DNA from: an uncultured Alphaproteobacteria bacterium
GTDB lineage: Bacteria > Pseudomonadota > Alphaproteobacteria > ATCC43930 > CGMCC-115725
Reading direction: 5' to 3'
DNA length: 64,000 bases
Assembly: GCA_963804725.1 (NCBI GenBank)
Contig: CAWDRN010000016.1
Coordinates: 108,844-172,843, forward strand
The notes under the pieces are model-generated. The model made no database searches, had not been told where the DNA came from, and was given only the letters and a program-made list of their open reading frames with translations. Both the position numbers and the translations under genes were made by a program. This document shows positions 31,661 through 40,226 of the stretch, in pieces; the stretch's first letter is position 1, and each line of letters begins with the position of its first letter.

Positions 31661-32629
31661 GTGCGCCGGCCTAAGAAACCCAAACGGCTGAGCGAGGCCG
31701 CGCTCCTTGCTTTAACCGGGATTTCACACCGCAACCTAACGCGTCGGCGTCAGCAACGCTTGGTCAAGGCAGTGGAACCCCGCCGCGGTCGCGGACATGG
31801 TGGCGGGCGTGGCACCACACCGCTCGAATATTCGAGCGCGGAAGTGCCGAAAATCGAAGACCTGAAAAGATGGCGCCGAAAATTCAAGAACTCCATCGAG
31901 TGGCGATGGCGTCTGTCACGCGACGGTCACGACGTTGGGATCGCGCCCGATCTTGCCGAAACGCTAAAAGAAACGCTGAATTGGCTAAGAGAGGCATTGA
32001 AGAGGGAGGCGTTGAAGATCGAAACGCCCGCCGACGTCGATGCGATAACCGCGTGCCTTTGGAAGCCGGCGGATATGCCGCGCGGCAATCCGCTACGAAA
32101 AATCTTCAAGGGTCTTAATCCGAAAGAGGCGCGCGACCTGTTGACGATGCTCTTTTGCGTTGTTCTCGGCATCCGGCTGCCGCTGTTCGACGAGCCGAAC
32201 CCCTACCCATTTCAGGTTTTCAAGCGTGTCTTCGGACTGCCGAAAGAATGGCAAATGCCGCCGGGTCTCTTCGACGTTTTCCCTAACATGCACGACCAAA
32301 TTGTCACCGGGCTCTCCAAGGTCACCGCCGAAGAGTTGAAAAGCGCATGGAGAGTGTGCCGGTTTTTAGATCGCGTCCTCAGTGAGCCGGAGATTCCGAA
32401 GCGCGATGTCAAAGTCATCACCAGATCCGGCATTCCTTCACAGCCGATCAAGCTAGCCAGTTTGATGTGGTCGTCGCCGGTCACGCGCGCCGCGACCGTC
32501 GGCCTCATTATCTTCTGGCTGCGTGGGATCAAGTCTGCGCTTGGCAAAAACGACGCGGCTGTCCTCGACCGGTCTGTCGCTCCCATCTTCAAGTATGCCA
32601 CCTCTGGCGCAAGCACGACGGAATGCTAA
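31661..32629 (+). CDS. hypothetical protein with an N-terminal HTH-like segment, upstream of the Cas1 gene
   Basis: GGAGAG lies 6 nt before the GTG at 31661. RLSEAALLALTGISHRNLTRRRQ. No recognisable family. The stop overlaps or abuts the Cas1 start. Confidence 0.5.
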   Translation: MRRPKKPKRLSEAALLALTGISHRNLTRRRQQRLVKAVEPRRGRGHGGGRGTTPLEYSSAEVPKIEDLKRWRRKFKNSIEWRWRLSRDGHDVGIAPDLAETLKETLNWLREALKREALKIETPADVDAITACLWKPADMPRGNPLRKIFKGLNPKEARDLLTMLFCVVLGIRLPLFDEPNPYPFQVFKRVFGLPKEWQMPPGLFDVFPNMHDQIVTGLSKVTAEELKSAWRVCRFLDRVLSEPEIPKRDVKVITRSGIPSQPIKLASLMWSSPVTRAATVGLIIFWLRGIKSALGKNDAAVLDRSVAPIFKYATSGASTTEC

Positions 32630-32637
32630 GGCGCGCC

Positions 32638-34107
32638 ATGCACGCCGACAACACGATCTACACCCGCATCAAGAACGGCATCGTCGTCGTCAGCGGCACT
32701 GGTCCGGCGATCCATATCGACGGCAAACGCCTCGTCATCCGCGACGGGCCGCTCGAAACACCACCCTTGCGCCTAACGCGCGCGGAAGCCCATCGCCGGC
32801 TGCGGCATATCATCGTCGTCGGCGATTACGGCGGATACGTCAGCTTCGACGCGCTGCGCTGGCTGCGCGACGCCGGCGTAGGATTCTCACAGCTTGATTG
32901 GAACGGCACCGTCATCGCTACAAGCCCGAGCCCTGATTTGCCGGCACTGCGCAGGGCGCAGGTGCTGGCCTGCAGCGGTGCCATTCCGGGAGCCGTCAGC
33001 GCCATCACGCGCGAAATTTTGCGCGTCAAGCTTACCGGGCAAGCCCGAGTGGCGAAGATGCTCAGCTCGGTCGAAGGTATCACTCCAAAGCAATCACTCG
33101 CTGCGAGCGCTGCCATCGCCGAGCTCGCTGCGGAAGTAGCACGCGAAACGGACATCTCTCGGATGCTGATGTTCGAAGCTCATGCTGCGGGGTTTTACTG
33201 GCAGATCTGGGAAGATGTCCCCATCAGGTTCGCGCGGCGCAACCCGAAGCGTCTTGGGCCGGGCGGACGCTGGCAGCCGGGCCGGCCCGATCCATGGCTG
33301 GTATTCGGTCCAAGGGCGTCACTCCTGACCGGGCAACCCTACCGGGCGACAACGCCGGGAAATGCTGTCTTGAACTGGCTATATGCGATCTGTCAAACCG
33401 AACTGACGATTGCCCTTCTTACCGCCGGCATCGATCCTGGTATCGGGCTCTTTCATGTTGATATGCCAAACCGGCCGTCACTGGCTCTCGATGGTATCGA
33501 AGCGCTGCGGCCCTATGTCGATCTTTGGCTGTTCGGCTATCTCGTCAATTCGGTCTTTGCCAACCGCGACTTTACCGAGTTGCGCGATGGCGAGGTCCGG
33601 CTGACGCACCCGCTCAATGCACACCTTGCCCATACCGCGGCGCTGTGGCGTCAAGTGTGCGAGCCTGTCGCGGACTGGCTCAAAGAGAGCTTTATAGGCG
33701 CGGCAGAGACATCGCTTGCCTATACTCGGCGATCACTCAACCAGAGCAGCCTCTCTGGCGCTGGAGCAGTACTTCGCGAGGGGCGCAGCATAGTGTCGGC
33801 CGCCCAACCGCGGCACCGCGCAAGGGGGCAAGGCGTTGCCTCGCCCGAACGGTCGCGGCAACAGGGGCGTCCGGCGGTCTCGCCGCTAGCGCGGGTGCTG
33901 CCGACCCTGGCTTCTTCTTCGCGGCCGGCGCCGGGTTCGTGGGGGCCGAACCATTGGTTCGGCCGGCTCACGGATGAACCGGTTCCACGTATATGCCGTG
34001 AGTGCGGGCGCGCGATGCTGCGAATCCACCGCGTATTTTGCAGCCTTAAATGTGCTGTGTATAACTATCGAGCGCAGAACCGTTCCTCATCGGGCCAGGC
34101 CGAATAA
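32638..34107 (+). CDS. cas1: Cas1-family integrase (casposase-like, stand-alone)
   Basis: N-domain IIVVGDYGGYVSFDALRWLRDAGVGFSQLDWNG. Helical domain FEAHAAGFYW (Glu), PGNAVLNWLYAICQTEL (Asn), GIDPGIGLFHVDMPNRPSLALDGIEALRPYVD (His, Asp, Glu). This aligns with E. coli Cas1 E141/H208/D218/D221. The C-terminus has CRECG...FCSLKC cysteines. An alternative ATG is at 32623. Confidence 0.8.
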   Translation: MHADNTIYTRIKNGIVVVSGTGPAIHIDGKRLVIRDGPLETPPLRLTRAEAHRRLRHIIVVGDYGGYVSFDALRWLRDAGVGFSQLDWNGTVIATSPSPDLPALRRAQVLACSGAIPGAVSAITREILRVKLTGQARVAKMLSSVEGITPKQSLAASAAIAELAAEVARETDISRMLMFEAHAAGFYWQIWEDVPIRFARRNPKRLGPGGRWQPGRPDPWLVFGPRASLLTGQPYRATTPGNAVLNWLYAICQTELTIALLTAGIDPGIGLFHVDMPNRPSLALDGIEALRPYVDLWLFGYLVNSVFANRDFTELRDGEVRLTHPLNAHLAHTAALWRQVCEPVADWLKESFIGAAETSLAYTRRSLNQSSLSGAGAVLREGRSIVSAAQPRHRARGQGVASPERSRQQGRPAVSPLARVLPTLASSSRPAPGSWGPNHWFGRLTDEPVPRICRECGRAMLRIHRVFCSLKCAVYNYRAQNRSSSGQAE

Positions 34108-34124
34108 TGCGGCCTATCGAATGA

Positions 34125-34214
34125 CCGGTTTGGGTGGTTTTGCGACGGTCCGCTGCCACGCTGCTGGCGAGAAAAGCCGACGTTCCGCCGATGGCTAGGA
34201 TTGGCCGAAAGCGG
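34125..34214 (-). promoter_or_regulatory. R3, a 5' fragment of the same structured leader family, cut off next to the Cas1 stop
   Basis: The minus strand reads CCGCTTTCGGCCAATCC..ATCGGCGGAACG..GCGGACCGTCGCAAAACCACCC. The last segment matches R2 GCGGACGGTCGCAAATCCACCC at 20 of 22 positions. The 3' half is absent. Confidence 0.35.
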
Positions 34215-34485
34215 CTGGACAGCTTCGTGGAATGGCCTATCGAAAAGAAGAAGCCAACGCCGACCGGCCGCTGGTCCGCCTGCATCAGCTTACGCGTTAC
34301 GTTGTCGATGGCGGCGATGTGATCGGTATCAACGGCGCGGCGCAAGCCGAACGTCCACGCCAGCAAGGCTGTGCCCAGCAAGACGGGAAAGTCGCGAAAG
34401 CTGGGAAGCGCCCAAACCCAGGCTACGACATTGAGGGCGTCACCGTCGAGTGAGGCAGCCGAGCCATATGGCGACTGCGAAGCTT
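34215..34485 (-). pseudogene. NiCoT (HoxN/NixA-type nickel/cobalt transporter) N-terminal remnant
   Basis: ..FRDFPVLLGTALLAWTFGLRRAVDTDHIAAIDNVTRKLMQADQRPVGVGFFFSIGHST, then homology stops. There is no in-frame start codon upstream. Confidence 0.6.
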
Positions 34486-34534
34486 AGCAAAAACGTCGCG
34501 GTAAGAAACAGACGCCTTACGATGCGCTCCCCAA

Positions 34535-35116
34535 CTAGGGAAGACAGGCACCGGCCAACTTTGCCCCGGATTCCGAGGACGGCAAGTATTTGAGGAACTT
34601 ACCCGTTCCGTCCATCACATAGATCAGGGACGAATGATCTATGAAATAGGTGCCGTCTGGCCCGTCGCGCCGTTGGTAATAGACGTCGAACTCCTTGGCG
34701 ACCTTCGCGGTGGCCGCCACGTCGCCCACCAAACCTTGGATGCGCGGGTCGAATGCCTTGACGTAGTTCGCCATCACTTTCGGCGTGTCGCGCGCCGGAT
34801 CGATGGAGATGAACAGCGGCACGACATTTTTCGCCGCTGGGCCAAGCTTTGCCATTGCTTGAGAGATGTTGTTGAGAGCGGTCGGGCATGCGTCCGGGCA
34901 ATAGGTGTAGCCGAAATAAATCAACATCGTCTTGCCGCGGTAAGTCTGATCGGTCACCGTCTCGCCAGTGTTGGCATCGGTCAACTTGAATGGCCCGCCA
35001 ATGTTGGGGGACGCGGCGGAGGGCAGCACCAGCCACACGACCGCAACTGTCGCGGCAATCGCCGCCAGCATGGCAATGGGTACCAGCAGAATGCTGTCCC
35101 GGAACTTTTCGGACAT
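34535..35116 (-). CDS. SCO1/SenC-family copper chaperone
   Basis: N-terminal membrane anchor, YFGYTYCPDACP (CxxxC) and FIDHSS motifs. Confidence 0.85.
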   Translation of the reverse strand: MSEKFRDSILLVPIAMLAAIAATVAVVWLVLPSAASPNIGGPFKLTDANTGETVTDQTYRGKTMLIYFGYTYCPDACPTALNNISQAMAKLGPAAKNVVPLFISIDPARDTPKVMANYVKAFDPRIQGLVGDVAATAKVAKEFDVYYQRRDGPDGTYFIDHSSLIYVMDGTGKFLKYLPSSESGAKLAGACLP

Positions 35117-35528
35117 GGCGGCACACTACACCGCACCAGTGGCCCCGCCAATCGACACGCTTGCGAGGATTTGGTCAGCAAACAGCGAATTTAGGTATGC
35201 TGACCGGTTCCGCCGCGCTTTTTCTGCTTACTAGGCCTGGCCCGAAGCAGCCCCTGCAGCTTCGGCGGTGACGTGGCCGTTAAATCTAGTTAAGCGGCGT
35301 CTTGGTCTGCGACAAATTGTCTATATTTTGGGTTGTTGCGAGCGCGCGCCATTTTGGGCAATGCTGCGAGCGACTGGAGGAAAACCATTGACCAACGCCG
35401 GGAGCGGTCATGGTCATCATTTGGGGGGGACGCGCGTCATACCGTGCGCAGCTGTCGATACTATTCGTTCGTTACTTCGAATTAGGAGATCCTCGAAAAG
35501 CTGGTTCACGGCGTGCGCGGCACTGGCG

Positions 35529-35837
35529 ATGTTCGCGATCGTCGTGCAGACGATGTTGCCGTTCGTGCTCGCGGCCGACATCGCCGCCTCGGCGAACGCG
35601 ACGCCGATCTGCCATGCTACGACGAGCGACGAACAAAATAACCATCAACCCGGCCCGGCTAAATCCTGTCCGATCTGCGCGGCGCTCGCGGCAACAATCG
35701 CCGCACCCGCGCCGACGGCGCCATCGATCCCGCTGCCGCACATTGTCGTCGCCCGACTGACCGTCGCGCTCCACGAGAAAGCGGCGGATATTTCCCTGCC
35801 GCGTTCCTACCGCTCTCGCGCACCCCCCCTCGCGTAA
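35529..35837 (+). CDS. DUF2946-like small protein with Cys/His motifs
   Basis: Hydrophobic N-terminus then ICHA...CPICAALA. This type of protein often accompanies copper genes. The start is uncertain (ATG at 35529; the ORF is open further upstream). Confidence 0.5.
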   Translation: MFAIVVQTMLPFVLAADIAASANATPICHATTSDEQNNHQPGPAKSCPICAALAATIAAPAPTAPSIPLPHIVVARLTVALHEKAADISLPRSYRSRAPPLA

Positions 35838-35903
35838 TACCAGGACAATTGAGTTTTCGCTGGCTCGCTTGCGGGCCGCTATTCAATTTCATGGGAGTTG
35901 CGC

Positions 35904-36842
35904 ATGTCCCGACTTTCCGCACGGGCCGCGTTGGTCGGCCTGATGATCGCCGCCGTTCCCACAGCGCATGCCTTGGCGCATGCCGTGTGTGGCAACCGCG
36001 TGTTTCCGCCGACCCTGATCATGGACGATCCCGGCATGAACGACGAAGCGTCGTTGCCGACGATTCAATACGCGCCAATCCCGGCCTCGGCCGGAACGCC
36101 TTCCGGCTCGAGCACGAGCTGGGGTTTTGAATGGGATAAAACCATCTTCTCTGCCGGCAACGGCAACAATGTCTTCTACAATGTGTTCGGCTTTGCCATC
36201 AATGGCGATTACATCACCCGGCGCGGCGCCGGCGAGGATCTGAACGGCTGGGATAATTTCACGCTAACCCTCAAGGATCAGTTCTATTGCCTTCCAGAGC
36301 ACGAATTCATGATGTCGGCGGGCGTCATTCGTGACTTGGGCGCGACCGGCTCTGGACAATTGTTGCGGGCGAGCATCATTCCGTACACGAGCAGCACCGC
36401 ACCGACCTGGTATTTCGGCAAGGGCTTCGGCGATCTGCCGATCGGTCCGCTGCGCGCCTTCGCGGTCACGGGCGAGCTGGGTTACGCCATTTCGGATGCG
36501 CCCAGCGTGTTGCCCGGCGAATGGGAATACTCGTGGTCGATCCAATATTCGATGCCCTACCTCACACAGCACGTAGAGGCGGTGCCAATCCCGGAATTCT
36601 TCAATCACCTGATCGCGCTGGTCGAGTTCTCCTACGCGGCGCCGACCGACCAACCCACCACCGGCGTCATCGCGCCCGGCATTTTCTATGAGGCCGAGGC
36701 GTGGCAGGTCGGCGTCGAGGCGGTCATTCCCGCCAACGCGGCGACGCGGGCATCGCAGGGCACCGGCTTCATCGTCCAGTTCCATGTTTTCCTGGACGAC
36801 CTCATGCCCAATTCGCTCGGCAAGCCTTTGTTCAGCTTCTAG
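35904..36842 (+). CDS. putative outer-membrane beta-barrel protein
   Basis: Signal peptide MSRLSARAALVGLMIAAVPTAHA, alternating amphipathic strands and a C-terminal ..KPLFSF. Confidence 0.5.
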   Translation: MSRLSARAALVGLMIAAVPTAHALAHAVCGNRVFPPTLIMDDPGMNDEASLPTIQYAPIPASAGTPSGSSTSWGFEWDKTIFSAGNGNNVFYNVFGFAINGDYITRRGAGEDLNGWDNFTLTLKDQFYCLPEHEFMMSAGVIRDLGATGSGQLLRASIIPYTSSTAPTWYFGKGFGDLPIGPLRAFAVTGELGYAISDAPSVLPGEWEYSWSIQYSMPYLTQHVEAVPIPEFFNHLIALVEFSYAAPTDQPTTGVIAPGIFYEAEAWQVGVEAVIPANAATRASQGTGFIVQFHVFLDDLMPNSLGKPLFSF

Positions 36843-36851
36843 GGGGCGGTC

Positions 36852-37202
36852 ATGCGAAAGCTGGTCCTGGCCTGTGCCGCGCTGGCGATTGCCGGCCCGG
36901 CGTGGGCGCACGCCTTTCTCGACCATTCGAGCCCGGCGGTGGGCGCCACCGTGCCGGCGCCGAAGGAGGTCTCGATCTGGTTCACCGAAGAGGTCGAACC
37001 AGCCTTCAGCCGCATCGAGGTCACCGACGGCGCCGGCAATCGGGTCGATGACGGCGGCACGCATATCGATGCCGCCGATCACGAGCTGTTGCACGTCGCG
37101 GTGAAGCCGCTATCGCCGGGAGCCTACAAGGTGACGTGGCACGTCGTGTCAGTGGATACGCACCATACCCAGGGCGATTTCACCTTCACCGTCGCGCCGT
37201 GA
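36852..37202 (+). CDS. copC: copper resistance protein CopC
   Basis: Signal peptide then HAFLDHSSP..; YKVTWHVVSVDTHHTQGDFTF. Confidence 0.85.
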   Translation: MRKLVLACAALAIAGPAWAHAFLDHSSPAVGATVPAPKEVSIWFTEEVEPAFSRIEVTDGAGNRVDDGGTHIDAADHELLHVAVKPLSPGAYKVTWHVVSVDTHHTQGDFTFTVAP

Positions 37203-38011
37203 ACCTGACGCTGGTCGCCATCCGCGCGGTCTACTTCTTCGCCGCCCTGCAATTGTTCGGTTGGCTCATCTTCGATTTGTTCATCGGACAAGCGGGGTGG
37301 GGACGGCGGGCGGCGCCACTGGCGGCCGTCGCCCTTGTGGCGATGACCGCGTGGCTGGCAATCGAGACGACGCTATTGAGCGGCGAGCCGCTTTCCGGCG
37401 AGACACTCGACATCGTGTTGCGTGAGACGCAGTTCGGCATGCTGTGGATTTGGCGCGCGGTGCTCCTCGTCGCTCTGTTAGCGTTGACCTTATGGCGGAT
37501 TCGGCCAGCGACGTTCGTTGCGGCGATCGGCGCCGCTTCGGTTCTAATCCTCACCGCGGCCGCCGGGCATGGCGGCGCCGACCGCAGCAGCATCCATTTG
37601 ACGGTAGACGCGATTCATCTGCTGGCCGTCGGCTCCTGGCTCGGCGGCCTCGTGCCGTTCGCCGCCGCGATGCGCCGGGCCGACGCCGGCGCAATCGCCT
37701 GGCGTTTCTCGACGTTGGGCGTGATCAGCGTTTGCGTCATCTTGGCAACGGGCGCGATCAACGCCTGGTTCATGGTCGGCAATATCCCGGCGCTGATCGG
37801 CACGCCGTACGGCCGACTGTTAATCGTCAAGATCGCATTGTTCTGCATCATGGTGTCTATCGCGGCGATCAATCGCTTTCGCCTGACGCCGCGCGGCGCT
37901 GTCGCGACGCTGTGCCGCAACGCGCAGATCGAGACGGCGCTCGGCGTCGCAATTGTGATGATCGTCGCCGCACTCGGCACCATGCCGCCCGCATATGGGG
38001 TACAGAATTGA
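37199..38011 (+). CDS. copD: copper resistance protein CopD (membrane)
   Basis: The GTG at 37199 overlaps the copC stop (GTGA). Multiple transmembrane segments, with HLLAVGSWLGGL and RFSTLG motifs. Confidence 0.8.
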   Translation: MNLTLVAIRAVYFFAALQLFGWLIFDLFIGQAGWGRRAAPLAAVALVAMTAWLAIETTLLSGEPLSGETLDIVLRETQFGMLWIWRAVLLVALLALTLWRIRPATFVAAIGAASVLILTAAAGHGGADRSSIHLTVDAIHLLAVGSWLGGLVPFAAAMRRADAGAIAWRFSTLGVISVCVILATGAINAWFMVGNIPALIGTPYGRLLIVKIALFCIMVSIAAINRFRLTPRGAVATLCRNAQIETALGVAIVMIVAALGTMPPAYGVQN

Positions 38012-38217
38012 CCCCGTATCACAGCCATCCGCGTCCGCAGGCGCGGTAATTGGCGCAGCCGGCACAAACGAGCCCGGCTACGCGCCCAGCGCAGGCGACA
38101 GCACTTCTTACGGCGCCAATTTCACAAGGCCGCAGCCTTCCACCCCGCGCTTCGCGGCCGCTTTGGAAACGAAATACCCAGCCGAGATACCGGCGCAACC
38201 GTAACGAGGAGACCATC

Positions 38218-38658
38218 ATGGTGAAGATCTTTTCGCCGACCGCGGCATTTGTAATCTGCCTCGCTTCCGCCGCGTTGGCACAAAGCGGACCGATCAGCGT
38301 CTCCGATGTCTGGGCCCGCGCCTCCAACGTCTCGACGGGCGCCGTTTATATGACCATCGCCAATTCGGGCGGCACGGACGATCGGTTGGTCGCCGCCCAA
38401 TCGCCGGTCGCGAAAACCGTGCAGCTCCATATTGAGACCAACGATAACGGCATCGTGAAAATGCGTCCCTTGAAGTCGATCGACGTCAAGGCAAACAGCA
38501 AGGCGACCTTGGCGCCAGGTGGCATGCATTTCATGTTGATCGGCCTTGTGCATCACTTGAAGGACGGCCAGAGTTTTCCACTGACGCTGACCTTCGAAAA
38601 CGTCGGCGAAATCCACGTGACCGTCACGGTGAAAAAGGCCGGCTCGATGGGCGGATGA
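38218..38658 (+). CDS. periplasmic copper chaperone PCu(A)C (DUF461)
   Basis: GAGGAG RBS, signal peptide, and the motifs VWARAS, GAVYMTIAN and GGMHFMLIGL. Confidence 0.8.
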   Translation: MVKIFSPTAAFVICLASAALAQSGPISVSDVWARASNVSTGAVYMTIANSGGTDDRLVAAQSPVAKTVQLHIETNDNGIVKMRPLKSIDVKANSKATLAPGGMHFMLIGLVHHLKDGQSFPLTLTFENVGEIHVTVTVKKAGSMGG

Positions 38659-39024
38659 AGATGTGACAACATCCCAATCGGTTCGCAGCCCCGAAAATCT
38701 CATATCGTCGTGTGGTAATCGATCGCAACCGAATACCGGTGGCGGCCTCACTGCAGGTGTCGACTTTGCACTGCTGTACGCGGAGAGAGCGTTGCTCTTG
38801 CCAAGACAAGACGTTGTCCGTTGTGGCGCACAAAAGACGAATCTTACGACTGATCCTACGGCCGCGTTGAAGCTGCAGTGTCAGTTGCCGGAGCGGCCGG
38901 TATGGGTCGAAACCGGTAATTGGATATGGCCGTTGATATAAGCACTTGTAGTGGTAGCAGCCCGGCCTTCGGCCGCCGCAGGACCTGCGACCCGGCCCAG
39001 CGGTAACAGTAGGCCCGACCCCGC

Positions 39025-40020
39025 GTCACGAATGCATCGCTTTAACGCAACCACATCAGCATGATCGCGCCGGGATCGAGCGGCCGGACGCGGGCGTTCT
39101 CCTGCACGACGAAATCGGCGTGGGGTGGTCCTGTCATCGCCGTGTATGGCGGTGCCACGGCCGGTTGCGGCGCGCGCGCCGGCCGCTGGCCCAGGGAAGC
39201 ACCAGTCACTGGCCTTGCCATCGCCGGCACGGTTCCCGCGCTATAGACCCGGTTGGCGTCGATCGGCGTGACCGCTTTCAACAGGTTATTCAGCACAGAG
39301 AGATCAAGCGTTTGCATCACAGCCGCGGGCCGAGCGACCAAAGTACGACCCGGCAGCGCCGGATGTGGCGGCCGTGCCGATCGCCGTGACGGCAGCGACG
39401 CATGCGTTGCCTCCGGCCGCTCCGCTCGGACAGCCCGGCGTTGCCGGGAAACTTTGCTGCGCCATCCCTTCGAACGCGACAGCGGCATATCCGCCGGCGG
39501 GCGCCAGGCCGGTTCCGTACGCGGCGGCGGACTATCGGTTATCCGTCTGATCTTCGGTACGTGATGTTCAGGGATAGGCCGTACACCGGTGCACTAGCCG
39601 GAAACATTCTGCTGCGGTACACCAAGCAACTGCGCCAGGCGTTTGCCCGATACACCAGACCGCGCGATCCGAGAGCGCAATTCATGGGGGGTCATCTGCT
39701 CAGCGTATCCGTCGATCCGCAGTCCGGCTACGCTTCAGACTCACCTCTCGTGCCATTGTGGCCGCGCCGATCGCGCTTAGCGTCCGATTCCTTTGATATC
39801 GGCGTCAAGCGCGATCCAGCAACCCGTGCGAGGAACGCCAGCGTTTGGCACACGCCTACCGGGGCGTTGGGCTGAAGCTTGACGTTAAATGGTTTGTGTT
39901 TGCCAGCTGTGTCAATTGCACAGTTTGTATTTACATCTGTGTAAATGACACACCTTCGGGTGATCCAGCCGTGTAAGGTCACTGTGTAAGCTAGCGGCTG
40001 GTAGCGACGCTCGCATCGTG
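39025..40020 (-). repeat. about 1-kb repeat, copy B (inverted relative to copy A)
   Basis: Reverse complement aligns with 23072..24068. The outer end abuts a truncated IS630 transposase gene. Confidence 0.85.
39042..39695 (-). pseudogene. Cro/YdaS-like HTH protein with an in-frame TAG (copy B)
   Basis: Same 654-nt frame as copy A. The TAG at 39594-39596 is codon 34, the same position as in copy A. The C-terminus ..HADFVVQENARVRPLDPGAIMLMWLR is intact here. Confidence 0.55.
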
Positions 40021-40226
40021 CCGGCGCCAAGCTCTTCTTCCTGCCGAAATACTCTCCCGACCTCAACCCAATCGAGCAGGTCTTTGCCAAGCTCAAGCAC
40101 CTGCTTCGCAAGGCCGCCGCGCGAAGCTTCGACACCGTTACCACCGCAATCGGCACGATCCTCGACAGCTTCACCCCTCAGGAATGTCGAAACTACTTCA
40201 CAAACTCAGGATATCAACAGACCTAA
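40021..40226 (+). pseudogene. IS630-family transposase, C-terminal fragment only
   Basis: Manual translation gives AKLFFLPKYSPDLNPIEQVFAKLKHLLRKAAARSFDTVTTAIGTILDSFTPQECRNYFTNSGYQQT*. It is truncated at its 5' side exactly at the repeat B boundary. Confidence 0.75.

Larger units (their letters stand above)
27867..34107. mobile_element. casposon-like module: family-B DNA polymerase plus Cas1-family integrase with accessory genes (termini not defined)
   Basis: Co-location of PolB and a solo Cas1 in two divergent operons. There is no Cas2 and no CRISPR array in the window. See the individual genes. Confidence 0.6.

Noticed and set aside
23072-40020. The 1-kb inverted repeats as the terminal inverted repeats of one 17-kb casposon or composite transposon.
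   Set aside because: No direct repeat flanks the 17-kb unit (..ggtggca against ccggcgcc..). The copies are considerably diverged. Their boundaries cut unrelated genes on the inner side as well. The interior is a patchwork of truncated host genes.
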